DNA of 30,055 nt from a virus (IMGVR_UViG_3300012953_000139:1-30055), one strand, 5' to 3'. Numbered from the stretch's first letter, positions 8,202 to 16,421 are shown. A program made the numbers and translations. Notes: generated from the sequence alone by a model not told the origin.

Positions 8202-8922
8202 TGCTGATTTGTTTTTATATCAGGCATGCGCTGCAGCCGAAAAAGAATATCGGTGGGAGCAGGATGTCTACACTAAGTTATGTGATCTAAGTGAAGCTAA
8301 AGATATCTTCCGAGATAAAATGAAGTTTGTTACTGACACACTCCAGTCAGACAAGATGATCTTGTGCTTCAGTGATAAACTCAACTTCCGAAAGCTTGTC
8401 TCTGAAACTTACAAGGCTAATCGTAAAGATATAGCCAAGCCTACTGGTTTTAAAGCATTCATCGAATGGGCCAAAGGTACTCATAAGTATTATTGGAAAC
8501 CCAGTTTAGAAGCTGATGACTGTATGGGCATCATGCAGACCATGCCTGGTTCTGACACGATTATTGTCTCAGATGATAAGGATATGAAGACTATACCTGG
8601 TCGTCTTTACAGACCAATGGCTGATGAGATGTTAGAGATCTCAAATGATGAGGCTGACTATAACTTCTTTACTCAATGCCTTACCGGTGACCCTACAGAT
8701 GGTTTCCCTGGTCTACCAGGTTTCGGTCCAAAGAAAGCCGAGGCGCTGCTGAAAGCTCACAGATCGTCCTGGTCAACTGTTGAGAATGCTTACCTTAAAG
8801 CTGGTCTTACTAAAGATGATGCGCTTACCCAAGCTCGTCTTGCTCGGATACTTCGTTGGTCGGATTGGGATGCTAAGGCCAACACTTATAAACTTTGGGA
8901 GCCAGAATATGTCACTGCCTGA
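8146..8922 (+). CDS. 5'-3' exonuclease (T7 gp6-like)
   Basis: LLIDAD, YKANRK, LEADD..GI, SDDKDMKTIPG, GDPTDG.PG.PG.G.K, QARLARILR motifs. Confidence 0.95.
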   Translation: MTFPDTQKTSQQTTTLLIDADLFLYQACAAAEKEYRWEQDVYTKLCDLSEAKDIFRDKMKFVTDTLQSDKMILCFSDKLNFRKLVSETYKANRKDIAKPTGFKAFIEWAKGTHKYYWKPSLEADDCMGIMQTMPGSDTIIVSDDKDMKTIPGRLYRPMADEMLEISNDEADYNFFTQCLTGDPTDGFPGLPGFGPKKAEALLKAHRSSWSTVENAYLKAGLTKDDALTQARLARILRWSDWDAKANTYKLWEPEYVTA

Positions 8923-9244
8923 AAGAGAGAGCTTCGATAGATTTATCGCACGATCATATAAAGAAGGCTTGCAGGAACAGGAAGCAGCCAAACAAAACAA
9001 CATGGTTATTAAACCTAAACATTACACCGCCTGGAATGTAGAGCCGGTGGAGTTCATTCTTCGTAACGATATGGAGTTCTGGAGAGGCAACGTAATTAAG
9101 TACGTCATGCGCTGCGGTAACAAACTGTACGACGGAATGGACAAGAGCCAGTCTGAGATCACGGATCTAGAAAAGGCTAAACGATATATAGACATGAGAA
9201 TAAACGTACTAAGAGGAAAGAACCCGACTGATGTTACAGAATAA
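8909..9244 (+). CDS. DUF3310 / T7 gp1.7-like putative nucleotide kinase
   Basis: V..PKHY....EP..FI, F..GNVIKYV.R...K, DLEKA..Y motifs. ATG 8909 has SD GGGAG. Confidence 0.85.
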   Translation: MSLPERESFDRFIARSYKEGLQEQEAAKQNNMVIKPKHYTAWNVEPVEFILRNDMEFWRGNVIKYVMRCGNKLYDGMDKSQSEITDLEKAKRYIDMRINVLRGKNPTDVTE

Positions 9245-11144
9245 CTACCTACCTACCGATTATCAAAACTTTATTGCACTATCACGATATGCACGATGGA
9301 AAGAAGAAGAAGGCCGTCGCGAAAGCTGGGACGAAACTGTTGATCGTTACATTGATAATATTGTCCGACCTGTTCTTGAAGGTAAGAAATATAAAGAAAC
9401 AATCAGTGAGCTGCGGGACGCTATTCTTGGTCTGCAAGTAATGCCAAGCATGAGAGCACTAATGACTGCAGGAGCTCCAGCTCAAAGAGATAACACTTGT
9501 ATATATAACTGCTCTTACCTTCCTGTAGATCACCCCAGGGCATTCGATGAGGCTATGTTCATTTTACTGTGTGGAACTGGTGTAGGTTTCTCAGTTGAAC
9601 GTGAAGCTGTCAGTAAGCTGCCCTCGATCCCTGCTGAGCTGGTGGAAAGCGATGATGTGATCGTAGTGCCTGACAGCAAGGAAGGCTGGGCTAGAAGCTA
9701 TCGTAAGCTGATCTCAATGCTATACCTGGGTGACATACCCAAGTGGGATCTATCGAGGATCAGACCGGCGGGAGCCCGACTGAAGACATTTGGGGGCAGG
9801 GCATCAGGACCAGGACCGCTGGACCAGCTCTTCCAATACACACTGGACATATTTAAGGCCGCTGCCGGTAGACCGCTGACCCCGTTCGAATGTCACAGCC
9901 TGATGTGCAAGATCGGTGAGATCGTGGTCGTTGGTGGTGTTCGCCGGTCAGCAATGATCAGCCTATCGAACTTACAAGACGACAAGATGCGGTCAGCCAA
10001 ATCCGGTGATTGGTGGAACGCTAGACCAGAAATGGCGCTGGCTAACAATAGCGTCTGCTACACAAGCAAGCCGGACATGGAAGCATTCCTAAGTGAATGG
10101 AAGGCCCTGGTCGAAAGCAAGAGCGGCGAACGTGGTATCTTTAGTCGCGCTGCTGCCAAGGATCATGTAGCTAAGAATGGTCGTCGTAATAATGATTGGG
10201 ACTTCGGGACTAATCCTTGCAGCGAGATCATACTACGTCCTCATCAGTTCTGTAACTTGACTGAAGTGGTTGTAAGAGCAACTGATACAGAAGAGACCTT
10301 AGCTAATAAAGTTTTCTTAGCTAGTGTCCTCGGTACTGTACAAAGTAACTACACTTACTTCCCTTACCTTCGATCACGTTGGGAAACCAACACTGCAGAA
10401 GAGCGTCTGCTTGGTGTAAGCCTGACAGGTATTATGGACAATGATCTGACCAGCGATCCAGACCCAGACATGCTTGAGCGATTAAAAGAAGTGGCTGTCT
10501 TAGCTAACCAAAAGTTCGCTAAAGAATTAAAGATTAAACCTAGTGCAGCAATCACTTGTGTGAAGCCTTCCGGCACTGTCAGTCAGCTCGTAGACAGCGC
10601 CAGCGGAATCCATGCAAGGCACAGCGCTCACTATGTCCGGACAGTTCGGGCAGATAATAAAGACCCTCTCACGGCCTTCCTAATTGACCAGGGGGTGCCT
10701 TCGGAACCATGTGTTATGAAGCCAGACACCACGACTGTGTTTAGTTTCCCAATCACAGCTCCAGCCGGCGCGGTAACCAGGACTGAGATGTCTTCACTAG
10801 AGCAGCTTGAGGTCTGGAAGAAGTACGCGATCCATTGGTGTGAACACAAGCCTAGCGTGACGATTAGTGTCCGTGATGATGATTGGCTGAAGGTTGGAGC
10901 TTGGGTTTACGATAACTTTGATTTGCTCTCAGGTATCTCATTCCTGCCGCAAGATAACCATAGTTATCAACAGGCACCATACCAAGAATGCGATGAAAGT
11001 GTAGTTAAAGAGTTGACGGAGAAAATGCCTGACAATATCGTATGGTCACTGCTTAGTGAGTTTGACAAAGAAGAAGCTGTCACTAGCAGTCAGACTTTAG
11101 CTTGTAGTGGTGATAGCTGCGAAGTAGTCGATCTTACCGGTTAA
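9231..11144 (+). CDS. nrdJ: Class II (adenosylcobalamin-dependent) ribonucleotide reductase
   Basis: PSMR, YNCSY, GGVRRSA, TNPCSEI, TCVKPSGTVSQL, HKPSVT and C-terminal ACSGDSCE; no nrdB small-subunit gene nearby. Confidence 0.93.
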   Translation: MLQNNYLPTDYQNFIALSRYARWKEEEGRRESWDETVDRYIDNIVRPVLEGKKYKETISELRDAILGLQVMPSMRALMTAGAPAQRDNTCIYNCSYLPVDHPRAFDEAMFILLCGTGVGFSVEREAVSKLPSIPAELVESDDVIVVPDSKEGWARSYRKLISMLYLGDIPKWDLSRIRPAGARLKTFGGRASGPGPLDQLFQYTLDIFKAAAGRPLTPFECHSLMCKIGEIVVVGGVRRSAMISLSNLQDDKMRSAKSGDWWNARPEMALANNSVCYTSKPDMEAFLSEWKALVESKSGERGIFSRAAAKDHVAKNGRRNNDWDFGTNPCSEIILRPHQFCNLTEVVVRATDTEETLANKVFLASVLGTVQSNYTYFPYLRSRWETNTAEERLLGVSLTGIMDNDLTSDPDPDMLERLKEVAVLANQKFAKELKIKPSAAITCVKPSGTVSQLVDSASGIHARHSAHYVRTVRADNKDPLTAFLIDQGVPSEPCVMKPDTTTVFSFPITAPAGAVTRTEMSSLEQLEVWKKYAIHWCEHKPSVTISVRDDDWLKVGAWVYDNFDLLSGISFLPQDNHSYQQAPYQECDESVVKELTEKMPDNIVWSLLSEFDKEEAVTSSQTLACSGDSCEVVDLTG

Positions 11145-11159
11145 GTCTCAGTAGAAGTA

Positions 11160-11238
11160 CGCCAAGGGACCCAACTGGCCTCCAAATATAAAGAAACAGT
11201 AGCACCTGCTTCATGGAGTGCCCAGTCGGGCCTTGACG
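11160..11238 (-). ncRNA. Putative structured small RNA (long imperfect hairpin) antisense to the repressor RBS
   Basis: Nested arms CGCCAAGG/CCTTGACG, CCCAACTGG/CCAGTCGGG, CTCCA/TGGAG, GAAACAG/CTGCTTC. Three A-C mismatches on the plus strand are G-U pairs on the minus strand. 11197-11206 is the exact reverse complement of 12020-12029. Confidence 0.65.
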
Positions 11239-11275
11239 CTCATGATTAAACACCAAAAGACAAAAGAATAAAAGT

Positions 11276-11290
11276 GAACAAAGCATGTAC
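11276..11290. promoter_or_regulatory. Candidate alphaproteobacterial LexA (SOS) box
   Basis: GAAC-AAAGCAT-GTAC fits GAAC-N7-G(A/T)AC; an overlapping GAAT-N6-GAAC lies at 11266-11279; AT-rich intergenic context. Confidence 0.55.
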
Positions 11291-11325
11291 GTATGCAAGT
11301 TATTCACAATATAATGTCATGTCGT

Positions 11326-11344
11326 CTTGACGTTATTCGTCAAG
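11326..11344. promoter_or_regulatory. Palindromic operator candidate 1
   Basis: CTTGACG-TTATT-CGTCAAG, perfect 7-bp inverted repeat over the repressor stop codon; matches 12050-12068. Confidence 0.55.
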
Positions 11345-12019
11345 TGATTGAAATATGTGACTTGGGTGCATTGCAATTGCCATTATTGGAGTGGCCCAAT
11401 CCAACTTTATGTCAGTCGCTTTATTGTTAACACCACCAGGATTATACAAGGTATATAGATTACCAGGTTGAGGATAAACAACTGTCAAAACTATCCTTGT
11501 CGTTTCACGTTCACATTTACCTAAAACTACATCGTCTGAAATCTTACAATATGCCCAAGCCTCATGTACACCTTGGTGAACATAATTACCTTCAATTGGT
11601 CTCTTATCTACAACGTCCACGCTGTTAATCATGTAGTTAAGTGGTCCGTTATATCTATCGTTATTCTCGTGAACGAATACACCATAGTGTAAAGCCTTTT
11701 GATAAGTCGCGGTCCATGCAAACCGAGGCTTACCGGTCCATAGTTCTCTTGTAAATGATGTCTCAAAACCTGCTTCTACAGGGTTATTATCCATCTTAAC
11801 TGTACCCATTACAGGCATACCTGTGGCGGGGAAGAAGATATCCTGTGGAGCACAGCCGAGTATCTCAGCATACTCGAATGCATCGTCTAAGGTCATCTTA
11901 ATCTGACCGGAGATATGTCTACTGAGTGTCTCAGGTTTAACACCTTTGATCTTAGCAATGTCTCTCTTTAGCATGCCGCTCTCACTTAACATCTTCTCAA
12001 AGTTTACTGGTCTATTCAT
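11333..12019 (-). CDS. XRE-family HTH transcriptional regulator (putative prophage repressor)
   Basis: N-terminal HTH KRDIAKIKGVKPETLSRHISG...YAEILGCAPQDIFF; only long minus-strand ORF not shadowing a plus-strand gene; SD-like GAGAAGGG upstream. Confidence 0.85.
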   Translation of the reverse strand: MNRPVNFEKMLSESGMLKRDIAKIKGVKPETLSRHISGQIKMTLDDAFEYAEILGCAPQDIFFPATGMPVMGTVKMDNNPVEAGFETSFTRELWTGKPRFAWTATYQKALHYGVFVHENNDRYNGPLNYMINSVDVVDKRPIEGNYVHQGVHEAWAYCKISDDVVLGKCERETTRIVLTVVYPQPGNLYTLYNPGGVNNKATDIKLDWATPIMAIAMHPSHIFQSLDE

Positions 12020-12049
12020 GGTGCTACTGCCCTTCTCTTTAGGTTAACG

Positions 12050-12068
12050 ATTGATGTCTTACGTCAAT
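12050..12068. promoter_or_regulatory. Palindromic operator candidate 2
   Basis: ATTGATG-TCTTA-CGTCAAT, between the repressor start and promoter copy 3. Confidence 0.55.
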
Positions 12069-12080
12069 AGCATTGATAGG

Positions 12081-12103
12081 TACCTTTTGTCCACCCATAA
12101 GAG
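12081..12103 (+). promoter_or_regulatory. Putative phage RNA polymerase promoter, copy 3 (late/virion genes)
   Basis: TACCTTTTGTCCACCCATAAGAG; 18-nt identity with 235-252; heads the structural gene block. Confidence 0.7.
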
Positions 12104-12177
12104 ATAATGCTGGAGACTTACGTTATACCAGCGCAGTATCTTGTGCGGGTTATAGTAAGGCGCAGCCGACTAATGAC

Positions 12178-12222
12178 AGACACAGGTAGACACAGGCAGA
12201 CAGTAGGTGTCAGTAGGTGTCA
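12178..12222. repeat. Short 10-bp-period direct repeats
   Basis: AGACACAGG(T/C) x2 plus AGACA, then CAGTAGGTGT x2. Confidence 0.7.
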
Positions 12223-12498
12223 TTGGGTGGCTGAGGGTGAGCTGTCTTGTATGTCCCGATTTCCACACAAGCCAAAACCAGGCCAAGCCATCAATTCTCT
12301 GATTGTACCTTGGTCTCACATTAAAATGTCAACGGATACCACATCCGTTACAGAGATATACTAATGATATCAACTTCCTAGGTTCCATGTCTCCGATTAG
12401 AGGGGGCGTGGGTTAACAGATCGTCCGTTTCGCAAAACCCAGTAAAGGGGTCGGACGTTGTTGTTGTTGTTAGGCTTTAAACAGCAGAGGTCCATATT

Positions 12499-13179
12499 AT
12501 GGCGCTAGAGTCCGGCTCTTACATCAATAGTCTAAACGAGAATAATCCTGTAGCTACAGACCCCCTAGCACAGGCCGATGATCACATCAGATTGATTAAA
12601 GCTACTATTAAAGCCTCATTTCCTAATATCACCGGCGCGGTCACATTAACCCAGGCTGAGATTAATGCTCTCAAGACTACCCTAAGCGCTGCGGCGGGGA
12701 CGCGCATGTTGTTTCAGAACACAAATGCGCCTGTCGGTTGGACCAAATCGGTAGATTCAGGTTTTAATAATTCAGCGCTGCGAGTAGTCACTGGTAGCGT
12801 GGGATCAACTACTGACAAGTCAGGCGGTAGTGTTGCTTTCCAGAATGTTTTCACCAGTCAAACTCCAGCCGGTACAGTGTCTACAAACTTCAGTGGCACC
12901 AGTGCTTCGACTGTATTGTCGGTGGACCAGATACCTTCACACAATCACAGTTTCACAGAAGAGTTTAGTAAAGAAGACAACAACTTCGACCCTGGTTCAC
13001 AACGACCACTACGAGAGAACTCTGTCGATCTTGGTGACTACACTATCACGACCGCTAACACCGGTGGTGGACAAGGTCACACCCACGGATTCTCAGTGAC
13101 CGGCGGTAGTACCTTTGCAGGTAGCTCCATGAACTTTGACGTTAAATACGTAGACATCATCATAGCCCAGAAAGACTAA
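12499..13179 (+). CDS. Short tail fibre protein
   Basis: N-terminus MALESGSYINSL...NP..TD....DDHIRLIK..IK..FPNI resembles LUZ24/PaP3-type fibre anchors; GT.MLF....AP.GW collar-like segment; IPSHNH and GHTH His motifs; Gly/Ser/Thr-rich. Confidence 0.85.
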   Translation: MALESGSYINSLNENNPVATDPLAQADDHIRLIKATIKASFPNITGAVTLTQAEINALKTTLSAAAGTRMLFQNTNAPVGWTKSVDSGFNNSALRVVTGSVGSTTDKSGGSVAFQNVFTSQTPAGTVSTNFSGTSASTVLSVDQIPSHNHSFTEEFSKEDNNFDPGSQRPLRENSVDLGDYTITTANTGGGQGHTHGFSVTGGSTFAGSSMNFDVKYVDIIIAQKD

Positions 13180-13184
13180 ACACC

Positions 13185-13532
13185 ATGCAGATTGAGATAG
13201 AGAGCAACTGCCCAATCGCAGGGTTTACCGAGTGTAAGAAACAAGCCTGTTCATGGTTCACCAAAGTCCGTGGCACTAACCCGAACACCGGACAAGAGGT
13301 AGATGAGTATGGCTGCGCGGTGGCGTGGCTTCCAGTACTGCTTATAGAGAATGCCCAGCAGAATAGACAGACCGGAGCTGCTGTTGAGAGCTTCCGGAAC
13401 GAAGTCACGAAGACACAGAAGGAAGGCATGGACGCTCTCGCCTATCACTTTGATAGAGCCAGCAGGGGTGAACCAAACTTCCGAACATTACAACAAGCAG
13501 TCATCCAAGATACAGAAGAGGTGACCGAGTAG
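13185..13532 (+). CDS. Cys-rich tail-fibre-associated protein (putative assembly chaperone)
   Basis: CP......C....C.WF...G..P.TG......CAVAWLP.LLIEN...RQTGAAVESFRNE, a pattern I recognise from proteins following fibre genes in aquatic phages; function inferred from position. Confidence 0.65.
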   Translation: MQIEIESNCPIAGFTECKKQACSWFTKVRGTNPNTGQEVDEYGCAVAWLPVLLIENAQQNRQTGAAVESFRNEVTKTQKEGMDALAYHFDRASRGEPNFRTLQQAVIQDTEEVTE

Positions 13533-13542
13533 GACATAAGCT

Positions 13543-15162
13543 ATGGCTATACTTCCAGTAAGAGATCTAGGTAGAACTGGTGCGATAACAGACCTGTCTC
13601 CCTACAATCTACCCCTTAGTGGTTTTAGTCGTGCAGTGAATGTCCGGTTTGATGAAGGTAAAGTTCGCCGGTCACCGGTCTTTAGAACGGCACTTAGCTC
13701 TCTTGGGTTTAGCCCTAGGTTTACATTTGGTATTGTGCCTTCTTCCGGTTTTGATACAACCCTGGTCATATCAGATGCACTTGTAATTAAGGAATACAGC
13801 AACGGCACATTGACTGACCGGTCTGGTTCCATATCAGCTAGTTCAGACCCCAGGCCCTTCACTGGTACCACCTTGTCGGATGTGGTCTACATCAACAGAC
13901 CAGACCATGTGCCGGTGTTCCGTACCAGCGGTACGTCTAATTTTGCATCCTTAACGAACTGGCCTAGCACATATAGAGCAGTGTCTCTTCGAGCATTCGG
14001 TAGTCAGCTCATAGCTCTTAATATCACCGAGGGTGGTAACAGCTTCCCAAACCGCGTTAGGTTTTCTAACTTTGCTCTAGCTAATTCAATTCCTGATAGT
14101 TGGGATGAGAGCGATGCTACCAAGTCGGCTGGGTTCAATGATCTCGTAGAAATGGACACGGCGATTGTCGATGGAATGTCTCTCGGCTCCAACTTCATCA
14201 TATATTCCAGCACGGAAGTTTTCTTGATGGAGTTCACAGGTGGTACGTTCCTGTTCAACTTCCGTAAGCTCTTTACAGATAGTGGTCTGATCAATCAGAA
14301 CTGTGTGGTTGAAGTTGAGGGGAAACACTTCTGCTTCGATAACAACGACATCTATGTTCATGATGGTACGTCACGTAGAAGCATATGTGATGAACGTGTA
14401 AAGAACTTTATATTCTTAGGCTTGAACAGTCTGAAAAAGAACAGATGCTTTGTGCAGCATAACCCTAACCTCAACGAGATCTACTTCTGCTATGTCAGTG
14501 GTGATGAGTTAGTAAGTTTTCCAAATGCTGACCGGTGTAATCGCGCTGCAGTTTACAATTACAGGAAAGATACCTGGTCATTTATGGATCTACCGAATGT
14601 AAGCTCAGCGTCTATTTTAAATCTCAATACTGTTGCGACTTACGCGACTGCAACCGGTCTTCCATACGATACAACCGGTGGTAGTTATTATGATCAGGAA
14701 GATAGTTTTCAACGTCATGTTGTGTTTGTTGGTGATAGCAATACTGGTGATGGTATCACTTCAGATAAAATCTACGGATTAGACTTAAGCGATGAGGGTA
14801 GTATCTCTTTTCCTCTGGATACTGAAGCAACAAAACGTGCATTGTTTGAGCGGGTAGGTATAGACCTTGATCAAGCGTCTAGGGCTGTAGGTGTTAGAGG
14901 CTATAAAGTCTTAACTAGGATTTACCCGCAAGCTGAGACTAACAATACTGATAAAATCCTCACGTTAGAGTTTGGTGCTTCGGATACACCATCCAACCCA
15001 CCAACTTTCGATGCGCCGGTGAGCTACAACACATCAACAGACCATAAGATTGATAGCCGCGCTGCCGGTAGGTATCTCAGTTACCGAGTTACTGTCACTG
15101 ATAATAAAGACTTTGAGTTTTCAGGCTTCGACTTTGAGGTCACCGCGACAGGTAAACGATAA
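13543..15162 (+). CDS. Tail nozzle / tail tubular protein (LUZ24/SU10-like)
   Basis: G.ITDL.PY.LP...FS...NVRF N-terminus, P.SWD..D.T..AG, beta-rich, KID.R..GRY near the C-terminus; 539 aa. Confidence 0.8.
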   Translation: MAILPVRDLGRTGAITDLSPYNLPLSGFSRAVNVRFDEGKVRRSPVFRTALSSLGFSPRFTFGIVPSSGFDTTLVISDALVIKEYSNGTLTDRSGSISASSDPRPFTGTTLSDVVYINRPDHVPVFRTSGTSNFASLTNWPSTYRAVSLRAFGSQLIALNITEGGNSFPNRVRFSNFALANSIPDSWDESDATKSAGFNDLVEMDTAIVDGMSLGSNFIIYSSTEVFLMEFTGGTFLFNFRKLFTDSGLINQNCVVEVEGKHFCFDNNDIYVHDGTSRRSICDERVKNFIFLGLNSLKKNRCFVQHNPNLNEIYFCYVSGDELVSFPNADRCNRAAVYNYRKDTWSFMDLPNVSSASILNLNTVATYATATGLPYDTTGGSYYDQEDSFQRHVVFVGDSNTGDGITSDKIYGLDLSDEGSISFPLDTEATKRALFERVGIDLDQASRAVGVRGYKVLTRIYPQAETNNTDKILTLEFGASDTPSNPPTFDAPVSYNTSTDHKIDSRAAGRYLSYRVTVTDNKDFEFSGFDFEVTATGKR

Positions 15163-15449
15163 TGAGTACTAATGAAAAGACGGATGCTCTGTTTACGGAG
15201 TATATACGCGGTCAATATCCCCAGATTGAAGAAGGAATAAGACGATACATACAAGATGAGCTCCAACGTATCGAGATTTCTCTGCAATCAACAGCCTCAA
15301 CAACAGTTCATGTTGTCGATAAACCCCCTCAGAACCCTCTAAAAGGGCAAATACGCTTCGCTGTAAGCCCTTGGGACCCATTAGGGAGCGGTTACAGTGG
15401 TCTTGTGGTCTATGACGGCAACAACTGGCGCAAAATAAACATAACTTAG
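15162..15449 (+). CDS. Small tail-associated virion protein
   Basis: YIQDELQRIE...P..P..G.IRFA...WDP.G.G..G...YDG..W; coupled to the nozzle gene by TAATG. Confidence 0.65.
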   Translation: MSTNEKTDALFTEYIRGQYPQIEEGIRRYIQDELQRIEISLQSTASTTVHVVDKPPQNPLKGQIRFAVSPWDPLGSGYSGLVVYDGNNWRKINIT

Positions 15450-15458
15450 GTAAAAAAG

Positions 15459-16421
15459 ATGTTAGAACAAATGGCAGGTTCTTTGGTTAATGGCTTCATT
15501 GCCAACAAAATAGCCAAGAAAGACCGAGCAAACAAACAAAAGCAAATTGATGCCCAGATGGCAGGGTTTAACCTTGCTAAACCTTATCTGGAGCAAATGT
15601 ATTCGGGCACAGGTCAAGCTGTAACTGATGCAATCAATACCGGCACCTTTGGCAACACCTATGTTGACTATTTTAACCCACTGAACCAGCAATTCATCGA
15701 TTACACAACCGGCATGGCAGACAGCTTGCAGCCGACAATTTCCAATCAATTAAACACACTTGGAGGTTTCGGTGACTACTTTAATCAAGCTGGTCAGATG
15801 GCACTACAAAACCCACTTGATGGCGCTATACAATATTCAACAGGCGACAGACTGGACACGTTAAGTAATGCTGCTTTACGTAATCCATATCGTCAGCTTA
15901 TGGAGAATACTTTACCAGGTATTAACATAGCAGCCAGCCAAGCAGGTGGCATGAATAGCTCACGTGCGGGTGTAGCTGACGCAATTGCCAATCGAGCTTT
16001 TGACGATAGGTCTGCAGACGTTAGAGGCACTCTTCAAGATGCCTTGATGACACAATACCTAACCAACAACCAGAACATGATTACCAACTTGATGAATGTA
16101 GGCACAAACCAAATGCAGGGCTTCGGTAACTCTATGGGTTACATTAACGATATTGGTCAGTTCTATGATGTTGCCGGTAATGCAGTTTACCAAGATGCTG
16201 TCAATAAGATGGCTGCAGATAAAGCTGCATTTGATGAAGCACGTGACTTCCCACTTAGTGTTTACCAACAGCAATCACAGATCATGTCTAATGCACCAAC
16301 TTCAGTTAGGCCTGATGCAAACATGTACAACCCACAAGCAGCGGCTGTTGCTGGTGCTTACTCTGGTGGCATGGGTGGCGGGTTTAATCCAGGCGGTATC
16401 TTTGGTGCGCCCCCTACCTAA
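15459..16421 (+). CDS. Internal virion (ejection) protein
   Basis: A/Q/N/G-rich, PYL motif, LPGI...A..AG..NSSR.GVA..IA.R; follows the tail genes. Confidence 0.7.
   Translation: MLEQMAGSLVNGFIANKIAKKDRANKQKQIDAQMAGFNLAKPYLEQMYSGTGQAVTDAINTGTFGNTYVDYFNPLNQQFIDYTTGMADSLQPTISNQLNTLGGFGDYFNQAGQMALQNPLDGAIQYSTGDRLDTLSNAALRNPYRQLMENTLPGINIAASQAGGMNSSRAGVADAIANRAFDDRSADVRGTLQDALMTQYLTNNQNMITNLMNVGTNQMQGFGNSMGYINDIGQFYDVAGNAVYQDAVNKMAADKAAFDEARDFPLSVYQQQSQIMSNAPTSVRPDANMYNPQAAAVAGAYSGGMGGGFNPGGIFGAPPT

Noticed and set aside
8780-8908. N-terminal extension of the DUF3310 ORF
   Set aside because: Lies within the conserved exonuclease C-terminus; ATG 8909 has SD GGGAG.
11134-11214. Minus-strand 26-aa hydrophobic peptide MKQVLLFLYIWRPVGSLGVLLLRLNR inside the hairpin (type I toxin-like)
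   Set aside because: No SD and the start is buried in the stem; the hairpin explains the sequence better. Not fully excluded.
12178-12222. Possible CRISPR-like array
   Set aside because: Units are 10 bp and adjacent, with no spacers.
12221-12238. Reverse-strand degenerate promoter copy (ACCCTCAGCCACCCAATG)
   Set aside because: Only CCACCCA matches; the TTTTGT part shared by all three copies is absent.
12107-12364. 85-aa plus-strand ORF after promoter copy 3
   Set aside because: Starts only a few nt after the predicted transcription start, runs through DNA repeats and shows no protein-like motif.
12415-12421. AACAGAT, reverse complement of the T7 class II pause signal ATCTGTT
   Set aside because: Wrong orientation for transcription from promoter copy 3, and a 7-mer can occur by chance.
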